From IMG/VR virus record IMGVR_UViG_3300021256_000003, positions 1 through 64,000 of that record: 64,000 nucleotides of DNA. One strand, 5' to 3'. Of this stretch, positions 35,934 through 45,141 are shown one piece after another. Position 1 is the first letter of the stretch. Each line of letters opens with the position of its first letter. This DNA is from a virus (lineage: Duplodnaviria; Heunggongvirae; Uroviricota; Caudoviricetes). The translations under genes were made by a program, and so were the position numbers. The notes under the pieces are model-generated. The model was not told where the DNA came from and ran no database searches. It saw nothing but the letters and a program-made list of their open reading frames with translations.

Positions 35934-36410
35934 ATGGCTGAAATGCTTGCTATAGTTGGCGAGAGTGGATCCGGTAAGTCAACTAGTATTCGTAATTTGG
36001 ATCCTCAATCTACTTTCATCATCTCCACTACTGGTAAACGTCCTGGTATTAAAGGAGCAGTGAAGAAATATCCTGCTTTCGTTAAAACTAAGGATGGATA
36101 TACTGGTAACTTCTATACTACAGCTAATGTAGATAATATAGAAACTGTCTTAAAATATATCAATTCAAAGCGACCTGATATTAAAGTTGTAATTATTGAT
36201 GATTATCAATATGTAATGGCTTTTGAGGCGATGGACAAAGCCGATCAGAAAGGGTATGATAAATTTACACTTATGGCTCAACACGCTTATCAAGTATTAA
36301 AGAGTGCTATGAGTATGAGAGACGATTTATACGTTGTTATTATGACTCATAGTGAGAATACTGGTGATAGAATCAATCCTTACTACAAAATTAAAACTCT
36401 TGGTAAATAA
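35934..36410 (+). CDS. P-loop ATPase (AAA_24/Sak4-like size), probable exon 1 of an intron-split gene
   Basis: Walker A GESGSGKST and Walker B VVIIDDY. Ends immediately before a structured GC-rich region and the GIY-YIG ORF. Confidence 0.55.
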   Translation: MAEMLAIVGESGSGKSTSIRNLDPQSTFIISTTGKRPGIKGAVKKYPAFVKTKDGYTGNFYTTANVDNIETVLKYINSKRPDIKVVIIDDYQYVMAFEAMDKADQKGYDKFTLMAQHAYQVLKSAMSMRDDLYVVIMTHSENTGDRINPYYKIKTLGK

Positions 36411-37550
36411 TATTTGCCTGTATAACCCCTAATTCGGCGAAACCTAAAACAGTTATGTCATGGCAATGCCGAGCCAAGCAGTTATTAAGTTTAATATTTA
36501 ATAACGGGCGCGTGTAACGACTAGTTCCGGATCGGGAACGTAGGAATTAAATTTATTATTTAATTTCGAAATGGGGATGTAAATTCTTTATAAAATATTT
36601 TGGATGTAAATTTTATATACATATAATTAGATGTCTTAAAAATTTAATTATATGAAAATTATTATTTACTCATTAAGTTCTACTAGAAATCCTAATAATA
36701 TTAGGTATGTAGGAAAATCTAAACAACAATTAAACAGAAGATTAAATCAACACTTAAGTGCGGCTAGAAGAGCTAAAAAGTCTAATTATAAGTATAACTA
36801 TAATTATAATTGGATTAATAAAGAGCTCGATGAAGGATATGAAATTCTGATTGAAGAACTCGATTCTCTTGAATTTGGTGAATACGATGACTGGAAATGG
36901 TTTGAACAGTTTTGGATTTGCCAAATGAAAGTATGGGGATTTCGATTAACTAATCTTACTGATGGTGGAGATGGTAATCAGAATCAACATTTTTCCAAAG
37001 AATCCTTAGAAAGGAAAGCAGCAAAATTAAGAGGACGACCTAGAGATGAAATTACTAAACAAAAAATTTCAGAAAGTCATAAAGGAAAAGTTTTATCTGA
37101 TGATACTAAGCAAAAAGTTTCAGAGGCTATTAAACTTATTCAAGGAAGAAAAATAAAACAATTTGACTTAGAAGGTAATTTCATTCGTGAATGGGACTCA
37201 ATTGTTGATGCAGCACAAGCTTTAAATATTGACAAAGCAAATATAGGGCACTGCTGTAGACATACTATAAATCATAACAGTGCAGGAGGTTATATTTGGA
37301 GATATAAAGACGATATTACTCCAATTATAAAATTTACTTCTAATAGTATTTGTGTTTTAAACTTAAATAAGGAGTTAGTTAAAATATTTAAAACTGCTAA
37401 AGAAGCTTCTGTAGAGTTAAATGTTAGTACTACAAGTATATCTAATTGTTGTAACCACAAAATAGAAAATGTAAAAGGATACATTTTCATTAAATATAAA
37501 GAATTTATGAATACATAGTCTACACCTATATGAAAATATAGGATTATGTG
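36402..37550 (+). mobile_element. probable group I intron carrying a GIY-YIG homing endonuclease ORF
   Basis: R-like element GTAACGACTAG (36513-36523) is complementary to S-like CATAGTC (37514-37520), which forms P7. A GC-rich hairpin GTTCCGGATCGGGAAC follows R. A P9-like CCTATAT-GAAA-ATATAGG GNRA hairpin (37525-37542) precedes G 37541 or G 37550 as candidate omega-G. The 5' exon can end after T 36401 or T 36404. Confidence 0.5.
36652..37518 (+). CDS. GIY-YIG homing endonuclease with NUMOD/IENR-type DNA-binding repeats
   Basis: IIYSL...IRYVGKS...RRLNQH is the GIY-YIG motif. Two C-terminal repeats of the ...A..L.......I..CC.H...GYI..YK type are present. Confidence 0.8.
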   Translation: MKIIIYSLSSTRNPNNIRYVGKSKQQLNRRLNQHLSAARRAKKSNYKYNYNYNWINKELDEGYEILIEELDSLEFGEYDDWKWFEQFWICQMKVWGFRLTNLTDGGDGNQNQHFSKESLERKAAKLRGRPRDEITKQKISESHKGKVLSDDTKQKVSEAIKLIQGRKIKQFDLEGNFIREWDSIVDAAQALNIDKANIGHCCRHTINHNSAGGYIWRYKDDITPIIKFTSNSICVLNLNKELVKIFKTAKEASVELNVSTTSISNCCNHKIENVKGYIFIKYKEFMNT

Positions 37551-37772
37551 AAAATGATTGATTCAACAATCACGTTGGAAGGCTTATTTACTTATGTATT
37601 GTTCACGGCTATACTCCGTGACGATGATGGTAATCCATCCTATAAGTTTATGACCAACAGTGATGGCACAAATACCGGTAAGAGTCCTATGGGACTTTTT
37701 AACGAGCTTTATATTGATAATGATTTGAAGATGGTAATAGATAGAATAAATGAATATAATAGCGAAGACTAA
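37548..37772 (+). CDS. probable exon 2 (C-terminal 74 aa) of the split P-loop ATPase
   Basis: The ORF track starts it at GTG and there is no independent ATG or Shine-Dalgarno context. It is in frame with exon 1 when the intron is removed. Confidence 0.45.
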   Translation: MKMIDSTITLEGLFTYVLFTAILRDDDGNPSYKFMTNSDGTNTGKSPMGLFNELYIDNDLKMVIDRINEYNSED

Positions 37773-38347
37773 TGAAACTTGACATCTTGTTCCATTATGA
37801 TGTAAATCCCACAACTGGTGAAATTACATTCATAGGTAAAGAAGAGATTACTGTAGATACTAGTAAGAAGACTAGTACAACTAAAGCATCGACTAGTACT
37901 GCAAAAGAAGTTTTGGGAGGAGATACTCCCAAACTAGTTCTTGAAGATAGTAAGTATCTGATTAATCCTGCTGCTGCATCTGCATTAGGTGTTGAAGCAG
38001 GTGATACTATTCATATTCATTACCGCAAACACGGTGATACTATGGTACCTTCAATTGGTAAATCTGAGCGACTTGGAGTTAAAAGTGGTAATAAACTTAC
38101 TAAAACTTTGACTGTCTCTTATAGAGGTGCAGCTAATACTAAGTTATCTGAATATGGCACAGAATTTACCTTTGAACCTACAGATAAAGATGGAATTTTC
38201 TATCTTGTAGGAGATCGTTCTATAATACCTAGTGTAGAAGATCTGGATGCTGTAGAAATTAACGATGATATTGAATTAGATTCCTTAGAAGATTTAGATC
38301 TTGATAATAGTTCCACCGATATTAACGGTTTGGACTTAACATTCTAA
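37772..38347 (+). CDS. hypothetical protein with acidic C-terminal tail
   Basis: Ends ...LEDLDLDNSSTDINGLDLTF. Possible ssDNA-binding or recombination mediator, but weak. Confidence 0.4.
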   Translation: MKLDILFHYDVNPTTGEITFIGKEEITVDTSKKTSTTKASTSTAKEVLGGDTPKLVLEDSKYLINPAAASALGVEAGDTIHIHYRKHGDTMVPSIGKSERLGVKSGNKLTKTLTVSYRGAANTKLSEYGTEFTFEPTDKDGIFYLVGDRSIIPSVEDLDAVEINDDIELDSLEDLDLDNSSTDINGLDLTF

Positions 38348-38358
38348 TTTAAATTAAT

Positions 38359-39027
38359 ATGGAATTAAGTTTTTCTTTATCTGATCAATCTGCTGTAAGA
38401 ACCACACGTCAATTTACTCCTTTTGAAATTCACACTGTAAAGTTTGCAGGAGCTGAAATTAAAGAGGTTGGTAAAGAAACTAAATATAAAATTCTTTCTA
38501 TAAACTTTGAGAATGAGACTGGTATCGCTAACATGTCTATTTTCTGGCCAACTGAAGCCGATACTGTTCGTCCTGTAGCTACTGCAAAGGATGGCCATGA
38601 GTATGAACGTGCTTCTAGATGGGAAAATACTAAGGCTGTTATTGCTCAGACTCTTCAAGTTTTAAATCCTGAAGGTTATCTAAAATTCCAAGCCGTAAGT
38701 AGCAAATTTAAGAATTTTGACGATATGGCTAACGCCTTTGTTAAAGTTGTTAATGTTGCAAAAGGTAAGGAAACTAACGTTAAGTTTACTGGATATGTAA
38801 ACAAACAAGGTTATACTCAGTTATCTTTTCCAACAATCGTAGGTATTAATAGACAAGGCGAAAGTTTCATTTCCGATAACTATATTGGAGATGTAGTCCT
38901 TTCTACCTATGAAATGCAGAAAGCTAAAGAATTTGGCGCTCCTAAGCCAACTCCTATGGAAGGTGATGAGAAACAAGATACTCCTCAAGATGAGAGTTCA
39001 TTCGATTTGGAAGATCTTGGACTTTAA
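38359..39027 (+). CDS. hypothetical protein with acidic C-terminal tail (possible SSB-like)
   Basis: Ends ...DTPQDESSFDLEDLGL, resembling SSB acidic tails. Lies in the replication module. Confidence 0.4.
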   Translation: MELSFSLSDQSAVRTTRQFTPFEIHTVKFAGAEIKEVGKETKYKILSINFENETGIANMSIFWPTEADTVRPVATAKDGHEYERASRWENTKAVIAQTLQVLNPEGYLKFQAVSSKFKNFDDMANAFVKVVNVAKGKETNVKFTGYVNKQGYTQLSFPTIVGINRQGESFISDNYIGDVVLSTYEMQKAKEFGAPKPTPMEGDEKQDTPQDESSFDLEDLGL

Positions 39028-39089
39028 TGAATAAATAGACTCGGCTAAAAATTATCTGAAACAAGAGGTTTTTAGCTATATAAAGAGAC

Positions 39090-40088
39090 ATGGATTTTAC
39101 TATAACTCAAGATATAACTAAAGAACTCTTGTTTCAGTCTCTTACAGAAGAACAAATTTTTTGTAATTATCTTCACTTAAGTCAAATACCAAGGAAATTA
39201 ATTCTTTCTCCAATAAGAGAAGATAGAAGTCCAACTTGTGGGTTTTATCGTAATTCAAATGGCGTTTTAATTTTACATGATTTTGCAACTGGCGAATATA
39301 TGAATTGCTTTAATTTAGTTATGAAAATGTATAACTGTAGTTATCATCAAGCACTTAAAATTATAGCAAATGATTTTCATATTCAAGCGTCTGCAAAATC
39401 TGCAATTGCTCCAAAAAGACAGACTCCTGTCTTTATACAGCAAGAAAAAAATACTCAAATACAAGTTGAATTGGATAATTTTTCTGATAAAGAATTGGAT
39501 TGGTGGAAGCAGTTTGGAGTAAGTCAATCTACTTTACAAAAATATAAGGTTTTTTCGGTAAAAACTGTCTTTTTAAATGGAAATATCTTTTGTAGAAAAG
39601 CACAGCATAATCCGATTTATGGTTATTATTTTGGAAAAAAGGGAGGCTTAGAGCAATGGAAGATCTATATGCCACAATCTAAATTGCGATTTATTGGTAA
39701 TATTAGTCAAAAAACCATTCAAGGTTATAAACAATTACCTAAGAGTGGAAAGTTATTAATTATTAATAAATCTATGAAAGATGTGTGTGCTTTAGCGGAA
39801 TATAATATTCCTGCTATTGCACCACAATCTGAAACCACATTTATTCAACCACATATTTTGGATGATTTACGAGAAAGATTTAAACATATAGTTGTTTGGT
39901 TTGATACTGATATACCAGGTATTAATGCAATGAGAAAATTAAAAAAATTATATCCCGATTTGCATTATTTCTTTATTCCTAGAAGATATAATGCTAAAGA
40001 TTTTTCTGATTTTATTAAACTACATGGTAGAGCTGAAGGTAAACAACTTTTGTGGAGTATAATAGACCGTGTTAAAGAAACTATCTAA
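39090..40088 (+). CDS. DnaG-like DNA primase (degenerate zinc-binding domain + TOPRIM)
   Basis: REDRSPTCGFY...LHDFATGEYMNCFNLVMK resembles the DnaG CPFH.E.TPSF...YHCFGCG zinc-binding domain. The TOPRIM motif is VVWFDTDIPG. Confidence 0.6.
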   Translation: MDFTITQDITKELLFQSLTEEQIFCNYLHLSQIPRKLILSPIREDRSPTCGFYRNSNGVLILHDFATGEYMNCFNLVMKMYNCSYHQALKIIANDFHIQASAKSAIAPKRQTPVFIQQEKNTQIQVELDNFSDKELDWWKQFGVSQSTLQKYKVFSVKTVFLNGNIFCRKAQHNPIYGYYFGKKGGLEQWKIYMPQSKLRFIGNISQKTIQGYKQLPKSGKLLIINKSMKDVCALAEYNIPAIAPQSETTFIQPHILDDLRERFKHIVVWFDTDIPGINAMRKLKKLYPDLHYFFIPRRYNAKDFSDFIKLHGRAEGKQLLWSIIDRVKETI

Positions 40089-40090
40089 TT

Positions 40091-40630
40091 GTGAAATAGA
40101 AAATTTATAACACAGCCTGTATTTGTACTGATAAAAACGGTACTGAAACAGAGTATCATTCACTGGAAGAAGCTTCTGAAGCTACTGGACTATCAGTGAG
40201 AACAATTAAAGGAAGATGTGTAAACTATGGAAAAACTGGACGCGATGGTAACATTTTTCGATGGGTTGATGAAACTACTAAAAAAGCTTTTAAAGCAAAA
40301 CAATCTAGAACAAAAGGAAACGCTTTTGAATTAAAGATTGTAAATGATTTAAAAGACATTGGTTACGATGTATGTAGTTCTAGATCTGAATCTAAGAATT
40401 TAGATGATAAGAAAATAGATATTTTTGATAGAAGAGGTGATTTACCTGTATATATTCAATCAAAACATACAGCTTCTCAACCTAATTATTATAAAATTGA
40501 AGAAGAATGCCCGTTAAAAGATAAACCGTTTATTATTTGCTGGAAAAAATCATTTAACGATGGGACTCCTAGTCCAGAACCAGTAGTAATACTTCCTTAT
40601 ACGTATTTTCTAAATTTAATTAAGAAGTGA
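40091..40630 (+). CDS. NUMOD/IENR-motif DNA-binding protein (homing-endonuclease-like), possibly with an in-frame TAG at 40097-40099
   Basis: The ORF track begins at GTG 40196, but the same frame upstream encodes KIYNTACICTDKNGTETEYHSLEEASEATGLSVRTIKGRCVNYGKTGRDGNIFRW. This is the same repeat seen in the GIY-YIG protein. It is preceded by GTG AAA TAG. Confidence 0.4.
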
Positions 40631-40842
40631 ATATTTATTTAATTCCTATATGTGATCAGTCAGATAACTACATCGAAAAAGTTATCGCTAATAGCTTAGA
40701 ACAAGCAAAAGAACGTTTATATAATGAGCTTTTCGATCGATTTGATTGGACTGAGTCCGACAATTTTGATGATCTTTGCACTGAGCTTGCTGAAGATGGA
40801 ATTTTCGTAGGAGACTTCTATGATATTGAAGATTTTCAATAA
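40627..40842 (+). CDS. hypothetical acidic protein
   Basis: 71 aa ORF. Confidence 0.35.
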   Translation: MNIYLIPICDQSDNYIEKVIANSLEQAKERLYNELFDRFDWTESDNFDDLCTELAEDGIFVGDFYDIEDFQ

Positions 40843-41347
40843 TAAAGCCCTTAGAATTGCATTAGACATTGATGATACAATAGTATCATTTAGTGAACAA
40901 TTTTTTAATCAATTCCCATTTGTAAATCCAAATGATAGTTTTGCTATTACTAGACAAGTATGGGCATTACGTCATTCAGGAAATTTTTGGGAAAATTTAA
41001 ATTTGTTAGAACGTCCTGTTGGTTTTGAACCAACAATTTATGCTACCAAAAGAGTTAATAGTAAACAATTTACTAGAATTAATTTAGCAAAATTAGGGCT
41101 TCCAATTAAACCTATTTATCAGACTTATACTCAATCTGGGAATAAAGCTGATAAAATAAAGGGACACTGTGACTTACTTATAGATGATTCTGTATATAAT
41201 GTGAGGCAAGCATTGACAGTAGGATTTCCTGCTATTTGCATTAGTCGTCCTCACAATTTACATGATACAAGTGTGCCTAGAATAGATAGATTACACATTG
41301 ATGATATTATTGACGTTTATAATAAAATTATTATAAGTTTATTGTGA
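40820..41347 (+). CDS. HAD-superfamily phosphatase (5'(3')-deoxyribonucleotidase-like)
   Basis: N-terminal motif I ALDIDDTIVS (DxDxT). Confidence 0.5.
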   Translation: MILKIFNNKALRIALDIDDTIVSFSEQFFNQFPFVNPNDSFAITRQVWALRHSGNFWENLNLLERPVGFEPTIYATKRVNSKQFTRINLAKLGLPIKPIYQTYTQSGNKADKIKGHCDLLIDDSVYNVRQALTVGFPAICISRPHNLHDTSVPRIDRLHIDDIIDVYNKIIISLL

Positions 41348-42369
41348 TTAACGATATCAAATTCAAGGCACTTACAGAAACATTAAAAGTAGGTAAGGTT
41401 GACGATGCGACTTATTTCTCAAAAGAGTATTCGCATTATGTCAGCAATTCTAGATTAGGTAATATAAATCCTGACCAAGGAGGAACTCCTGATAAGTTCT
41501 TCGGTAAAATGCCTCCTATATACTCTGATAGTATATTACTTGGCAGTGCAGTTCATAGTATCTATTTACAACCTGACTATTTTGAATTAGTTAATTGTAG
41601 TAGACCAACTGCAAAGTTAGGATTTGTATGTGACTACATATATGATCATGCACCGAATCACGAAATTAAGAATCGTGATATTATTCTTGAAGCTTCAGAT
41701 AAAATTGAATACTTTAAAGGTAAAATGACTGATGCTAAGATAGCAGCGGTTAGAGAAGCGTATGAGCCCTATAAAGCAGAAAGAATGGCTTTTGTTGGTA
41801 CTGAAGGTAAGGAACCTATGTTTTTATCCGCTAGTATTTACGATAAAGCCATGAAATGTATTGAAGCTTGTAATAAGAATGAAGCATTCTCAAAAATTCT
41901 ACATCCGAATGCTATTACTGACCCAGTAACAGAAAATGAGTTGTGTTTTACAATGGATATAGAATGTGATTTTCCAGATAGATTACCAATAATATTACAT
42001 TTTAAAGCTAAGCTTGATAACTTCACTATAGACTTTGATAATAATACTATTGTTGTTAATGATCTTAAAACTATAGGATCTATTCTTAGTAATTTCGACT
42101 GGAAGAATAATGGTAATATGCGTCGATTCCATTATAATAGAGAACTGGCAATTTATCTTTATTTGCTTAAGCTATATGTAGAACAAAAGTATAATATGGT
42201 TAATCCAACTATGCAGGTTAATTGTTTAGTAGTAAGTACAATTCCTGAATATTATACTAAAGTATATAAAGTAACAAATGCTGAGGTGCAAGCTGGTTTT
42301 AAAGAATTTAAAAACTTACTACATCTAGTAGCATACTATAAAGGCTATCAAGGATATGACTTTGGCTGA
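41344..42369 (+). CDS. hypothetical protein (possible nuclease)
   Basis: 341 aa ORF with weak D..E.K patterns only. Confidence 0.45.
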   Translation: MINDIKFKALTETLKVGKVDDATYFSKEYSHYVSNSRLGNINPDQGGTPDKFFGKMPPIYSDSILLGSAVHSIYLQPDYFELVNCSRPTAKLGFVCDYIYDHAPNHEIKNRDIILEASDKIEYFKGKMTDAKIAAVREAYEPYKAERMAFVGTEGKEPMFLSASIYDKAMKCIEACNKNEAFSKILHPNAITDPVTENELCFTMDIECDFPDRLPIILHFKAKLDNFTIDFDNNTIVVNDLKTIGSILSNFDWKNNGNMRRFHYNRELAIYLYLLKLYVEQKYNMVNPTMQVNCLVVSTIPEYYTKVYKVTNAEVQAGFKEFKNLLHLVAYYKGYQGYDFG

Positions 42370-42712
42370 TAAATCTTTTTCTGAAGTTTGTAAACTTCAA
42401 AGTGAAGTTTTTTCAATGGAATTTTTAACTTGTGATTTCAAGGAAAAAATTGCGTTAGTGTCTATGGTTTGTTATTTAACTAATGAACTTAATAAAAAAC
42501 GAGATAAAGAACATAAAATTACTTGTTATGATGTTCTTTTAAAGATAGATACTTCAGCTAGTCAAAATTATCGTGAGGATTTTCTAAAAGGTCTTGCGGC
42601 ATTATGTCAAGATTTTATGAAAGGATGCACGAACTTCGAGACATTTGGAATTTCACCAAAAGAAATGCCCAATATGATAAGAAAGATTTTAGATTCATTT
42701 TTACCATTTTAA
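42356..42712 (+). CDS. hypothetical protein
   Basis: 118 aa ORF. Confidence 0.4.
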   Translation: MTLADKSFSEVCKLQSEVFSMEFLTCDFKEKIALVSMVCYLTNELNKKRDKEHKITCYDVLLKIDTSASQNYREDFLKGLAALCQDFMKGCTNFETFGISPKEMPNMIRKILDSFLPF

Positions 42713-42858
42713 CACTTTTTAACAAATTTTTACTTGGAAAAAAGTTATAAATGTGTATTATTGAAATACATCAGTAATGATGATAATCATTAGATTCTTT
42801 ATTGATTAGATAATATGCTAAATGAAAAATGTTAAATTTAAAAAAATTTGTTATTATG

Positions 42859-43413
42859 AGTACACAATTTGTTAATTTCCAGAAACTTGAAGTTGTTGCT
42901 GACACTCGCAACGAAGCTATTGAACAAATCGAAGCCGATCATTTTGGTATCCTTGGTGATGCTACCCAGGCTTATAAGAATGCCCGTAAAGCCTGCACCA
43001 CAGGTTGGACTGAGAAAGAGGAAAAGCAGTTCTGCTATGATTATCTGCAGAAGAAAACCAAGCTAAAGGCTGGTGTTGGTTTCACTGTGACCATTGAGCC
43101 CGCTGTTGCTGATACTCGTGAGCGTCCTTATAAGTTTGAGAATGTGAAGAATAACGGCAAGCGTGATTGGGAACGTGTATTTGTTGCTTATCCCGAGAAT
43201 GGTGAGCCTTTCGTTCTTGAAGGTGCTAATACCAAGAGTGAAGCTCAGAATATTCTGAAAGACCTTTATAAGTCTGGTGAACTTCGTGAGAACGTTGATG
43301 TCGCTGTAGAGAAGAAAGCTAAAGACAACAAGAGCGTTGTATTTAAGTCCTTCTATACTCCTTCAAAGAATACTCGTAAGGGTGTTTATATGGCTTTCGG
43401 TATTAAGGCTTGA
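42859..43413 (+). CDS. GC-rich, Lys-rich hypothetical protein with host-like codon usage (likely very highly expressed)
   Basis: Likely starts at MSTQFVNF. Coding GC is far above background. A strong terminator follows. Confidence 0.55.
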   Translation, partial: STQFVNFQKLEVVADTRNEAIEQIEADHFGILGDATQAYKNARKACTTGWTEKEEKQFCYDYLQKKTKLKAGVGFTVTIEPAVADTRERPYKFENVKNNGKRDWERVFVAYPENGEPFVLEGANTKSEAQNILKDLYKSGELRENVDVAVEKKAKDNKSVVFKSFYTPSKNTRKGVYMAFGIKA

Positions 43414-43440
43414 GCTTTATATAATTGACAATTAATAATG

Positions 43441-43478
43441 AGCAGGGTTATTCGAGAGAGTAATCCTGCTTATTTTTT
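43441..43478 (+). terminator. rho-independent terminator
   Basis: AGCAGGGTTA-loop-TAATCCTGCT followed by TATTTTTT. Confidence 0.6.
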
Positions 43479-43523
43479 GCCATCTCGTAATATACATAGT
43501 GACGAAAGTCTTTAACTATCTAT

Positions 43524-44135
43524 ATGTCTTTTAAACTCAAATCCTGTAAACTTCGACGTGAACAGTTTTACGATTATTCGGGAACTCTTCATTTAGAAGA
43601 AGTGATTGAAGATATTATTAAAGTGTCTTATACTCTTGTAAATAGACATATTATTGCTCTTAAAGAAATACATTCTGATGGAATTATTAGATTTTATGAG
43701 AACGGAGGAGTAAAATTAATAGGTATTCAAGAGATTAAACGTAATATCACAGGAGATAATGCTTTACTTAGACAGCTTATACAATGTTTAGCATATTATG
43801 TTGAATGGACAACACAATATCCTAAATTAACTGATAAGACGAAATTTTTAATTTTACCAACAGATACTAGAGTTTCTGTATTTTTAATTCCTGATAATTT
43901 TAGAGAAACACATTTCTTTAAAATGTTTGAACATTTATATTATTCATATAAGGGAACTATAATTAAAGGTGTAAAAATTTCTCCATGTAATTTGTATCGA
44001 GCTCCATTAATTGATGACTTAGTATTAGATTATAAAGCAAATCTTCTAAAAGATATTGAGACCTTTAATATTGATGAGAAAAATGGATTAGATTTTAAAT
44101 TAGTTGTAAAATATATTTTAGACAACTGTCTTTAG
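43524..44135 (+). CDS. hypothetical protein
   Basis: 203 aa ORF. Confidence 0.45.
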   Translation: MSFKLKSCKLRREQFYDYSGTLHLEEVIEDIIKVSYTLVNRHIIALKEIHSDGIIRFYENGGVKLIGIQEIKRNITGDNALLRQLIQCLAYYVEWTTQYPKLTDKTKFLILPTDTRVSVFLIPDNFRETHFFKMFEHLYYSYKGTIIKGVKISPCNLYRAPLIDDLVLDYKANLLKDIETFNIDEKNGLDFKLVVKYILDNCL

Positions 44136-44163
44136 ATAATGTTAATACTTACAATTACTTTGT

Positions 44164-44949
44164 ATGAATTTAATTGACTTAAATCTAGAGGACATTTATA
44201 AAGGTAAAGCAACCTTAATAAAGGATAATAAATACTTTTCTACACAGCAATATATTGAACCATTTGTTGATAGAACAGATAAACTTTGTCAAGGTAATTA
44301 TCTTATAAAAGCTGTCCCAGCTAATCAAATTTCAATTACTCCAGATGGAGAATTGGATACTGAAGATTTAGTATTTAATCGTATTAATATTGAGGCTGTG
44401 ATTCCTGGAGAATATGAATTTGAAGGGTATCAAAAAGCTATCGGTATGATTTATGGTTTAGATACTAGAAAACCTGTTGTAAAATTTTATACTGGAGCTT
44501 TACGCTCTGCTTGTACAAACTTATGTGTATTTTCTCCAAACGCATTAAATGTACAAGAACTTCAACCTGAAACTGCTATTAACTATAAATTTGTAGAAGA
44601 AGCAGTGAATATGAAACTTGTTATTGGTGAAATTCTAAAACAAATTTCTCATCAACGTTATACTAAAGAACAGTGTTATAATCACTTAGGTGAGTGGATT
44701 GATAATTGTATAAACTTTAAATTTCACACGGAATTTGGAGCAATTAAGCTTTCTGAAACAACTCCCATTACTGCTTATAAAAATCTTTTTTACAACGAAA
44801 AATCTGATTACTTTGCACAAGACGGAGAAATTACCGGATTTGATCTTTACAACTCATTAACTGACACTATTTGTAATGGACGCTCTAATGATATTTGTAA
44901 TCGATTTGAAAAAGTATTTCTTGCTGGTCGTATAATGAATCTCTGTTAA
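44164..44949 (+). CDS. hypothetical protein
   Basis: 261 aa ORF. Confidence 0.45.
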   Translation: MNLIDLNLEDIYKGKATLIKDNKYFSTQQYIEPFVDRTDKLCQGNYLIKAVPANQISITPDGELDTEDLVFNRINIEAVIPGEYEFEGYQKAIGMIYGLDTRKPVVKFYTGALRSACTNLCVFSPNALNVQELQPETAINYKFVEEAVNMKLVIGEILKQISHQRYTKEQCYNHLGEWIDNCINFKFHTEFGAIKLSETTPITAYKNLFYNEKSDYFAQDGEITGFDLYNSLTDTICNGRSNDICNRFEKVFLAGRIMNLC

Positions 44950-45141
44950 TATGAAGTATATTATTAGATTTATATCATCTGAGAACAGTATCCTGTCAGA
45001 ATGGGTTGATGCTAATTCGGAAACAGAAGCAATAGATATTATACGTGCAGAAAATACAGATGTTAAACAAGTCTTATCAATAATAGAAGTATAACTATTA
45101 TGATTAAATAGATTTAGTATTTTGACAGTAATAAACATCGA

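Noticed and set aside
17116-36447. Recurring CCCTAATT octamer (17116, 19731, 36440)
   Set aside because: Three occurrences are close to the chance expectation for this base composition and the contexts are unrelated.
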